From positions 1,302,001-1,366,000 of the forward strand of contig OZ025792.1 of the NCBI GenBank assembly GCA_964019425.1: a stretch of 64,000 nucleotides of DNA. The letters run 5' to 3'. This stretch comes from Flectonema sp. DT1601. Taxonomy: Eukaryota. The translations under genes and the position numbers were made by a program. Shown here one piece after another: positions 37,733-47,900 of this stretch (position 1 is the stretch's first letter; every line of letters starts with the position of its first letter). Under the pieces are notes generated by a model. That model saw only the letters and a list, made by a program, of their open reading frames with translations. It did not search any database and was not told where the DNA came from.

Positions 37733-38998
37733 TTATGAGTCTAGAGGCTTGACTAAAGCTTCCAACAGGTTGGTGATACTAACCTGACCGTAAGGAATGC
37801 CATGCTCGTTTACGATGCAGGCACGATGTAGTTTTTTGCCTACGAAAGTAGAGATAACATCCCAAAGTGTCTCATCTTTTGTAAATGTTATCAAAGCTCT
37901 TGGAGTACCAAATAGAGAAACTGATGATATCAAAGTTGCGAACGACTCTGGTTTTAATCCTCTCAAATCAGATGCTGAAAAATGACGAACCAATTTATTG
38001 TTTCCATCAACAACAGCAATAGCCATCGCACTATAAATATTCATTTTATACAACGCGTAGAGTACCGGAGCATCTCGGCTAACAACCAAGACTCGTCTCT
38101 TGTGCAAACCTAAATCTTCAAGGGTCATATTCGCTGTTTTTGAAGCTGCTTTCACAATAGTTGCCTTTGTGTATAAATATTTCAGAAGGTCTGTTTGAGA
38201 AACGAGAGACATAACGTTGCCTGTTTCACTCAAGACAACTACCCGATGAGTCTTGTGTCTGATATACAATTGAAGTAAAGCACTGACACTTGAAGTCATT
38301 CTTACTTTTGTTGTCGCTACAGCGTCTCCCTTCGTGTGACGTTCTTCGAGAAGCTTTCGTACAGTTCCAGCAGCTAATACTTTCTTACCTCTTAATGATA
38401 ATTCATGCCATGTTGATTGGGAATTTAGATTCTTTATATCACGTGATTGGAGGACTTCTTCAGCGTTGAAGCCGCCCACAACTGAACGAAGGATGTCAAA
38501 AACATCAACGATATCAACGTAAGCACCTTCATTGTCTGCTACTGGTAGTGACAAACAGTTCTTTGAACACATCTTTCCGAGAACTACTTCAAGAGTGTCT
38601 TGCATACTTGCAGAGATCATTTCTGTGTGGATAAACTCATGTGGAGAGAGTTCCTTAACCATTTGAATAACTGTTGATGTAAGTACCCCTCCAAGATCGT
38701 GTAGGCTGGCTCGTGATGGACTAGCCATGACGTACAATGGTGATGCTGCTCCATATGACGGTGATGAAGATCCTCCTGTTGAAATCTGACCATACGCTGG
38801 AGACATTCCAACTCTCCTTGCATATCCAGGAGATAGTCCTCCAGTAGTCCTTCTTAGATTCAAAGTCGCTTTGGGTTTCGTATTAACGCTGTCTGATGAG
38901 ATATCGATCTTCGGAATTGTCTTTACCGCTGACTCTAAGTCTGCTTCATCTTGTTTCCGCTTTGACTTCTTCAACGGAACTTTCAGCGGTTTGTCCAT
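37733..38998 (-). CDS. CBS-domain protein (AMPK gamma/SNF4-like, four CBS motifs)
   Basis: SLPVAD...VDIVDVFDIL, HRVVVL...LVSQTDLLKYL, AIAVVD..NKLVRHFSASDLRGL and LHRACIVNE...GQVSITNLL. Confidence 0.88.
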   Translation of the reverse strand: MDKPLKVPLKKSKRKQDEADLESAVKTIPKIDISSDSVNTKPKATLNLRRTTGGLSPGYARRVGMSPAYGQISTGGSSSPSYGAASPLYVMASPSRASLHDLGGVLTSTVIQMVKELSPHEFIHTEMISASMQDTLEVVLGKMCSKNCLSLPVADNEGAYVDIVDVFDILRSVVGGFNAEEVLQSRDIKNLNSQSTWHELSLRGKKVLAAGTVRKLLEERHTKGDAVATTKVRMTSSVSALLQLYIRHKTHRVVVLSETGNVMSLVSQTDLLKYLYTKATIVKAASKTANMTLEDLGLHKRRVLVVSRDAPVLYALYKMNIYSAMAIAVVDGNNKLVRHFSASDLRGLKPESFATLISSVSLFGTPRALITFTKDETLWDVISTFVGKKLHRACIVNEHGIPYGQVSITNLLEALVKPLDS

Positions 38999-39820
38999 TT
39001 TATTTGTTTTCTTTTCCTAATGAGATTGAATATAAAATAAAGCCACAGAATTCATCTCTACCTCCGACATCTGTTATCAGGTAAGCAGGCATATCATTTT
39101 GTGAAATATAGTGTGAAAAGAATAATGAAACACCAAAACTACGTAAATAGACTTAGTCATCTACGCCAGGATGTGTGAGATCCATAAATACTAAAATAAT
39201 AATATTAAGCTTGTCATTGATGCTAGAATTGAGGTAGTACGATAAGGTCTTCCCAGTGTGAGAGATGCAGGTAACTACCAAAGTAATACCAACAGTGGTA
39301 TGGTTTCTTCTTCATTGCCGATAGAGCTGCTCGCAGTGCAAAAAGATGATCTCGGATTTCAAGTCTTTGTAGCTGACTGAGCTTCCCACAGCGCAAAAAA
39401 AAAAAAATAACACAGAAATACTTGATGAATGTCTCTGTGAGGGATTCAGGTAGCCTGTCACAAGCCGCTCTGATTTATTTGTGAGAACAATAAAACACCA
39501 ATAACGATACTTCAAAACTACTTACTTGCTCGCAATACAAAAGGTGACCACACCAATCTATTTGTATAAAGAACAGAATAAGCACAACAATCATGTCTCG
39601 CGCTTTACATCTTTGAAAGCTGACTGAAGTTTGCAGCCCAACAGATGCCACAGCAGAGATCATCTGATGTAAGACACTTCTGCGATTTGAACCGCAGAAG
39701 ATAAACACGAGAAAGGTGCTCTTAGTCACCGCAACGTGTTATGTAAGGTTTGTTATTACCACCGAGTCCAAAGACATCAACTTATTAGTAAACAGTACTC
39801 ATTGACTTATAGTATAGTAA

Positions 39821-40766
39821 TCAAGAAGTGTTCAAGGTATTGTAGAGACCAAAGGATTCACCACTTGTGGATATCTTCTTTTTAGAGGATTTGTGATTGT
39901 GAGTGAGGAATGTTGCAGGTCCAGCAGGAAGAAGCAGATCTTCAGCGATGGGTGCAATCGAAGATCTTTTGATCACAGATGGAGGTGTGAACTCTGGTGC
40001 TTGAGGATTCAACACTGACCTTGATGGTGGTGTTGGAGTAGTTCTACTTTTCGGAATAAATTCCGCAGCCGAAGCATCCAACGGAGGAGAAGCCACCGAT
40101 AGAATTGGACTCGCAACAGAACTAAATGGAACTCTGTAAGTATTCGGAGCTGTTGATTCTCTAAACATTCCCTGATCAATACAACTACTTAAAGTATTAA
40201 ATAGACGAGGTGGTTTTATTGGACTTAACCAGTCAATTGATAATCCTCTTCTTGTTACTTCTAATTCTGTTTCTAATGCACTTGCGAATAATGGATAAGC
40301 ATCTAAGACTTCACAAAATGGCATAGAGAGTAACATCATTACATCTTGACCAGACCAACATCCTTGTGGGATTGCAGGTGGTGTGCTTAAGATTTCTAAT
40401 GGAGGAGCTGATCCTCTTCTTGGTCTCATATTGTATTCAACTTCAGGTGATGGGATCGGTTCCTGAAATGTCACTCGACCTTTTATTTGTCTTCTCTTGT
40501 GTTCTGGAAGCGGCTTCCCTCTTCCTGCTGGAAATGACTGTTCTTTTGTTCCCTGAATGATATTATTATTATTATTATTATTATTATTGTTTTTGTTGGT
40601 TAGTTTGATATAATACATGTCAAACACATACAGGTCCCTGCACAACAACAACACCCAACAATCGACCATGCGCAGGTCGTATTACTCTCGGTTCCAACAT
40701 TTTAGGTTCGGGTGTCCGTGAGAAACGAGTCTTGTCACGTCGTTTCTTCACTAGACTATCATACAT
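39821..40766 (-). CDS. PAM2-motif protein with a SUZ-C/LSA-like motif; 2 exons, 288 aa
   Basis: Exon 40766-40632 is spliced (GTATGT...TTCAG, intron 40631-40553) to exon 40552-39821. PAM2-like motifs LDASAAEFIP and LNPQAPEFTP. QGPGTKEQSFPAGRGKP resembles SUZ-C. Confidence 0.7.
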
Positions 40767-41257
40767 GGTGCTGGTCGGCATCACAGTCACTTTCGACATA
40801 AGGAAGGCAGCACTCTACTTCCCTACGATTACTGATTGGGGGAAATTAAAATAATTTCTCAATCAAATATATAAAGAGGTCCATAAATATCAGCGTACAT
40901 GTACATCACCTATGAGGGGGGGGAACAACACAATAATTAATTGCAGTAAATGGGTTTCCTGTTTAACAATAATAAGCAACCAAAACTTATTGACAAGCAG
41001 CAACAGTAATGTTAGCAACAACAACAACAAAAAAAAAAGGAAATTATTGACTTTACGGGTACTAAAGCAGTGGTTTATCTATGCCTTTGTGGCTAACACA
41101 AAAAAAAAGAAAAAAAAAGGGATATTATAATGTTAAAAATAACAAAGAGAAATTAAATGACAAGAAGAAATATTTATTTTGAAAACAAAGAAAGAAAAAA
41201 AAAGATCTAATTTAAAAGTTGGTGACTTGTGTGTACAAATATTTTTATTACATATTG

Positions 41258-43063
41258 TTATCTACCAATTGTAAAGGGCTGCGTCTCACTATAAAACGGT
41301 TGTGAGTGTGATAACAACGTCGGCTGACGCGGCTTCTCAGGAATAAGTACCGGCTGTACACCATTGGCTAAGAACTGTGTCTGTTGTTGATGAGCCTGCT
41401 GTTGCTTTTGCTGTTCCATTAAAGACAGTAAAAAATTATTAGTAGCTGCCTGAGAGTCAGTGAACTGAACTAAGGTTTTTTCAAACCTTGAAAGCATATC
41501 TTCAGTTCTGTCGGCTCTTTCGATGAGTGATTCGACGTCAGACGTGATTTTACGACCGGAGTTTGGCACGGCAGCTTTTATATTTTTATCAAATGTTCTC
41601 AACGGAGATCTGATGGCACTTTTAACTGAAGCAGGAGTACCAACTCGTAATGGAGAAGACACTGATCTTTGATACTTTTGTTCATCATCAAAACCAGAAA
41701 CAAAACCTGTCGGAACTCGAGTCACTGCAATGCCCTCCGACAGTGGAGATACTGGAAATTCGGGTTTTTTGATCGATTTTGTACTTCCCGTAGCCTCAAC
41801 AGTGTTTATCATATGAACCTCTTCAAGTAGGTCAGCATCAAGAGGACGTGGGACAGCTACATTACGAGGCTTTAATGGTTTTTGTTGATTTGAAAAAGAA
41901 ACCTGAAAAGGCTGAGCGGTGGGGGACAATGAAACAGGACTTGATAGTACTTTCATGGAATGATCAACAAAGAAAGGAAGTCTTAGCAGGTCATCAACAG
42001 AAGCACGTGTTGATTCATCACGGACAAGACATTGTTGAAAAACGAACACTAAATCAGGAGATTTAGAAACAGACTTAGGAAGCAGTAACTCTACAGGACC
42101 AGTTGTATTTGAAAAATCTTGAGTTAGGTGGGCCCATGGTCGTTCACCTGTTACTAATTCTAAAAGTAAACATCCAAATTGCCAAATATCAGATTTCAGA
42201 GAAGGAACTTTCTTAGAACGTCCGGACATCTCTTGCGGTGTCCAATAGCAACCATGACGAGCCCAGAACGAGTCTGATCGCACTGCGCTGTCAATTAATG
42301 GTGGGGGTAGAACAACTTGAATACCATCCGAGTCTTTAAAAGTATTTAAATACCTCCATAAAAGGAACCCGTGAGGGATTCCTTCAGAGTGTAAGTATTT
42401 AAGAGCTGACAGTATTGTGTAGGCAATCTTGCGAACGTCTGCCATCGTTGAGACCACCACTTTAGATTTCTGAAGGTCTTCTAAATAAATATTAATACAA
42501 TTACTTCGTTGTTCTGAAAATATATATTTCTGAATTGAACTCGCAGCTAACGTGGCTTGCGATAGTTTTTTAACAGCTCCGATTGCCTCAGATAGTCTTT
42601 CTTGAAGTGACAACATATCAGGTCGGGAGAGAGAGGAAAGATCAACTTTTCTTATTGTCATGAGAGTATTATTATCAAACATTACTCTCTGGCTGTCTAC
42701 AACACGATTGGTGCTTGTTGACGAACGCCTTTTCTTAATATGTGTTGGCTTCGGTCTGGGTGGTATCACAACTTCCTCTTGCACCGACACCGGTACTACC
42801 TTCTTCCTCACTCGGTTAGCAGTGCGTAATTGAGGTCCTCTAGTTGCTGATTTCGTAGATTCATCAACTTTTTTTGAGTCTTTCAGCTCATGTATTTCAG
42901 ACAATACATCTCTACTGTCTGCCTGCACCTTTTCAATCTTTACAGTGCTGCTGCATATGTGATCTGCAACATGTTTTTCCGTTCTATGCAGAGCCTTTAA
43001 GTTCATCTCCAGCATGTCTGCTACGAGAGTTATAAAACCGCTGTCTTTAAAACTGGTAGTCAT
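41258..43063 (-). CDS. Protein kinase-like pseudokinase with coiled-coil flanks
   Basis: C-lobe motifs ALKYLHSEGI, SDIWQFGCLLLELVTGERPW and CLVRD..TRASVDDLL. The catalytic loop reads HGFLLWRY, with no HRD and no DFG. Confidence 0.8.
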   Translation of the reverse strand: MTTSFKDSGFITLVADMLEMNLKALHRTEKHVADHICSSTVKIEKVQADSRDVLSEIHELKDSKKVDESTKSATRGPQLRTANRVRKKVVPVSVQEEVVIPPRPKPTHIKKRRSSTSTNRVVDSQRVMFDNNTLMTIRKVDLSSLSRPDMLSLQERLSEAIGAVKKLSQATLAASSIQKYIFSEQRSNCINIYLEDLQKSKVVVSTMADVRKIAYTILSALKYLHSEGIPHGFLLWRYLNTFKDSDGIQVVLPPPLIDSAVRSDSFWARHGCYWTPQEMSGRSKKVPSLKSDIWQFGCLLLELVTGERPWAHLTQDFSNTTGPVELLLPKSVSKSPDLVFVFQQCLVRDESTRASVDDLLRLPFFVDHSMKVLSSPVSLSPTAQPFQVSFSNQQKPLKPRNVAVPRPLDADLLEEVHMINTVEATGSTKSIKKPEFPVSPLSEGIAVTRVPTGFVSGFDDEQKYQRSVSSPLRVGTPASVKSAIRSPLRTFDKNIKAAVPNSGRKITSDVESLIERADRTEDMLSRFEKTLVQFTDSQAATNNFLLSLMEQQKQQQAHQQQTQFLANGVQPVLIPEKPRQPTLLSHSQPFYSETQPFTIGR

Positions 43064-43494
43064 GCTGTTATCATCAAATTCCTGATAAGAATGATAAAAA
43101 TTTTATTTTTTTTTTCAACATTCCCTTAACAATCAATCATGGGAATGCTGTATAAAGAAATTGTAGAATGAGTCTCATACCTGCGGGGAAAAAAAAAAAA
43201 AAAGATAAAAACTAATAGCAAAAAAGAAAAAAAGAACTTTAATAAAAATAAATATTTTTTGAAACACTTGAAAAACGTACAGAAAGATATCCCAGAAATG
43301 AAAAAATGGCTACTAAACGACTACCTGCATGGACTGAGCTCGGTTTGGTTTGATTTCGTGGTTGTATCGTCCCATCGCTTCGTTCGCCCTACCCCAAAAA
43401 AGTAAAAAAAAGAAAATAAAAAAGAATACCAAATAATTTTTCTTCGTTTTTTTTTTCTTCTGTTATTTTTTTTTTCTCCCAAGGGACACACTAC

Positions 43495-43907
43495 CTAGAA
43501 CGCTCTTGAACGGCTAGGGTCATACTTTGTGGACCATGGACAACCAGGGGTCTTGTGACCCATGTGAATAAAGTATTCAGTCCATGCAACAACCCAGAAG
43601 AACCAAACCATGTAATACGCTCTGAAGAATTTTCTCGTCTCACTTTTAGTCCAGACCGCCTGCTGGTTCTGGAAATCGTCCATCCACTGCACACAAGAGT
43701 GAGCGTTGTATCCGTATGTAGTTTCTCTTGAGTTGAAAGGTCTAACAGCGTCAACTGTTTATAGATTTATATGATTAAAACCGTCATCTATTTTATTATT
43801 AAACTACCACTAAATTACATACCAAAGAATCTTGGATCAGTCTTTGCATATCCACCCAACTTTGGGGCGGTTTTCTGCAACATGTTTGGGGCGGTTCTCC
43901 TCAACAT
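43495..43907 (-). CDS. Small single-TM protein with an MLRR-type mitochondrial presequence; 2 exons, 114 aa
   Basis: Exon 43907-43823 plus exon 43754-43495 via a GTATGT...AACAG intron gives MLRRTAPNMLQKTAPKLGGY...FFRAYYMVWFFWVVAWTEYF...SRAF*. Confidence 0.75.
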
Positions 43908-44946
43908 ATTAGTTATGTATTTCCCACACGCTTTTTGAAAAATATGTAAACCAGACAGACGGTATTTTCTAACTAAAGAGTTTCTGTGAAGCAGCACACA
44001 CAATTGAGCTCTGGGACACGTGTTTTGTTCTGTTAGAATAGAATGGAAATATTAATTTAAAAATGTTATGCTCAAAATCCGATCTTAAAGAGTGACTATC
44101 GGCATCGATGACCTCAAGAGAGGGAGAGAGAGAGAGAAAAGCGGGTAGAGAACGAAAGAAAAGAGAAAAAAAAACGTGAATCCGAAAAAATTCCGACTAA
44201 CTCCCGTATTATAACAGGAAGCTACCCCTCCAAAGGTTTCAAGGTTTTCCTTTCGTGATTCCTTCTGCGTGCTGTTCCGATACAAAGATCAATACGAGAA
44301 CGCTATTTAGGGATAAGGAACTTGGAACCTAAGTAGAAAGGCCTCAATGTAAGAAGAGAAGCCACCAGACTAATTCTTGTAAAAAGAATGATTTGATAGC
44401 AACTTCATACTTATAAAGAAGAAACGGAACTGCGGGTAGTAAAGGCCAAAAACAAAACAAAAAACTACGCAGATCAACTTCGCAAACTGTCAAGTGTTGG
44501 GGAAGGAAAGCAAAGTACAAATGAAGCAGTGCTGTTTCGCAATTAAGATCAACACCAGTTCTTACGCTTCTTCCGAGTGATAGACGGAGAACATCATAAG
44601 TTCATAATGCAATCAACTTCAAGCAGTTCACAAAAAGGATGTGTAAAAAATAATAGTTTCAAGTCGGTAATAACGCGCTACAAAAAATAAATAAATGAAC
44701 AATGCAAAATAACGCAACAAGTATCGCATATAAAAGATGACTACCAACATTAAGAACAAGACAATCCTAAACACTAGGATGCAGTACCGATTATTCCCAG
44801 CAAGCTACCTTGAATTTCAACAGCCATTTTGGGATTTGTTATTTTGGGATTCGCTACTAATTCATTTCAAGTACCTACTACGAACCCATAGTTAAATGGG
44901 ACGTACGGCGATTTTATAAATAAAAAGTTGCTTCACTTATAACATT

Positions 44947-47900
44947 CTAAATGCGAGTAACTTGGACTTCCTTGGGGGCAGGCGTAGACTGGACCTCCTC
45001 CATAGCGCTGAGGAACTCTCCACCTTCGATGCTCGTCTTGTTCTGATTCTTCTTGTAGACGGTGAAAGCAACCAACGCTCCTCCGATGCACAGGGCCGCA
45101 ACCGCTCCAACGATACCGTAGATGATGGAGCTGTTGTCATCCTTCTTGTCGTCGTTAGATGGAGATGGAAGTTCCTCCATGCCCTTACCAATGGGTTCAA
45201 CAATCACAGTGCTGCCATCACCATTGTCCCTCAGCGGGCCACCTCCGACACGAGACTCTTCAATCGAAGATCTGAGAACATCAGTAAGCGAGTCGACAAG
45301 AGCAGCATCGTCATCTTGGATATCGAGATCGATAAAGGATCCCTGATCTCCCATAGTTTGCTGCTCGCGAGTCGAACTGACACCGTGTCCGAGAGTCGCC
45401 ACACCCCTGTTGAAAGCGGTCGCATCCTCGTCGGCGAACAACTTTGTGTTCCACGATGACGGGATGGTAGTTCCCCACCTCTCGCGGGCATCTTGTGGAG
45501 GGACTGCGTTGTCCTTCATCAGACCACCAACGTACTTGATCAGCAGGTTAGATGGCTTCAGACCCTTTGACACTCTCAGGATGGTCTTTCTGAACTTTCT
45601 CAAGAACCTCTTTGGGTTCTCCAAGATCTTCGCAATCGATCCTTTGAATGATAGACGGATAGACCTCCTGTGCTTCTTCTCATCAACTGGGTCGACGTCC
45701 ACGATTTCATCCTTTCCACAGTGCAGACCCTTTGAGCTGCAGCAGTCCTTCTTCTCACTTTCCGCAAGCACGTTGGCATCGGCCCTGCAGTCTACCTTGC
45801 AAGCAATGTTTTCCTCATCGCAACACCAGTCCTTCTGGTGAGCACTCCACTTCGACATCTTTCTGCTGTCACCGTAGCAGTCGTACTTCTCAGTTGCGCA
45901 ACCCGCTCCCTCGTTGAGGCAACAGTATTTTCTGGTATCCTCTCCCCACGCCTGGCGCTCATCTCTCTTTGCCTGGCACTTCTTCTCTTCTTCGGTCTTC
46001 CCGCCTTCTACTTCCTTCTCAGGACAGCGAATTCCCTTCACAGCGCAACACCACTCCGACTGTGCATCGCTCCATGGGGCAAACGTCGTGGTGCTCCAGT
46101 CGCAGTCGAACTGATCTTTGTCAGCTGGGCACCCCACCTGGAACTTCTCACAGCAGTACGCCGCTCGCTTCTCGTCCCACATTGAAACATCGACAACGGA
46201 CGTCTGTAAAAACCCATCGGCGCCCTTCATGATCTGAACCGAGTCGTCAGGCACACTGCAGTCAAACTTGGCAACAGGGCATCCGACCTGCCTCTCTTCG
46301 CAACACCACTTGCGCTGCGCAAAAGACCATCCCTTCGGGTCAGACTTGCAGTCGAACTTGTCGTCCTCGTCCTTCTTGCAGTAGCGTCCAGTCTTCTCAC
46401 AGCAATATTTCATCTCCTCAATCGAAGCCGATCTCGTGAATCCAAAACAGCTGTAGGTCCTGCATCCCAACGTATCCCACTCGGATACAGGCTCCGTCAT
46501 GCAGTCGGTCTTGTCGTCCACTTTCTCACATGTCGGTCTGCATTCCTTGGTGCAAACCTTGTTGCCACGGACATCACACTTGCAGGTCTGCTGGCATCCG
46601 GTGCACGCGTATCCCTTCTGACACAAACCCCCTGCAGCACAGAGAATCGACCTGTCCATCTTTAGGTTACACTTATCGTCCACAGTCGGTGCGATGCACC
46701 TCACGCTGCCTTTCTCAATCACGCACTTCTCCTCGTCTCCACAAGACGTCGGGACGCAGCGGGCAACTGAGCTTACCACACACTTCCACTCCTTCGAGTC
46801 GCCCTGCATCGTGCACTTCGTTCCTTTCGGACAGTCAACACTGCGGTCCACAGCCATCCAGGTCGTCACATCTTCCACACGGCAAACCTCACCAACTGCA
46901 AGGATCGGTTCCACACAAGTTCCAGGGGCATCCATGATCATCTGAGAGGTCACACACTTCAGTGAAGACAAGCAGACGCTGTGGTAACACGGGGTCGTGT
47001 ATCCTCCGCACATGTCTCCCTTCTTCGCTCTCGGGGTGCAAACCATCTCTTTTCCGCATCCCGAACTCTTCGCGTCTTGAACCTGACGACAGAACTCAGA
47101 TTTCGCGCAATCGTCACTCGACTTGCAAACCTTACCCGACACTGGACGGTCTTCCTTGCAGGTTCCCATGCAGTCCGTCATCCCTGGGGGACAGCTACCC
47201 TCACACTTGAAACCGACAGGACAACGCAGCCCACCAATGCCACCACACCGCTGTTCGCACGCCTTTTCAGTACACACAAACATACCCTTCCTGCAGGTGC
47301 AAGTGTTGCAGTCTTTCTGCTTCTTCTCTCCGTCTTTACATTCAGCAGGTGACTTAGTGCCAGGAGCCGCTGTCTTCGTAATCATTTCACATGTTCCCAT
47401 GCAGTCCGAAACATTTGGTCCGCAGGTCTTCACGCACTCATATGCGGCAGGGCAACGGAATCCAGCGATACCTCCACATTGCATTGCAGTTGGTGGCTTC
47501 GTGTCAGGAGTAGAAGGCCTGGTGGCTGGGGCAGCAGATGGAACACATTCACCTCCCTTCGCGGAATCCTCACAAACGTACCCGGCACCACATCTCATCA
47601 TGGAGCAAGTAACAACTGGTGGTTTGGTGTCAGGAACGTCCTTCTTACAGATACCCATGCAGTCAACAATACCCGCACACTGAGTTCCCAAGAAACAACT
47701 ATGTCCATCAGGGCACTGTAGACCAGCCTTTCCACCACATTCCTGAGGTTTCTGTTCCATGCATTCTCCAATACAGTCCGTAGTACCAGCAGCACATGGA
47801 GGCATCATACAATCGTATCCAGTTGGGCACCGAAGTCCTGCAATACCACCACACTTTGGTGTAGTTGGTGGTTTGGTGTCAGGAGTTGTTGTCTTTGGTA

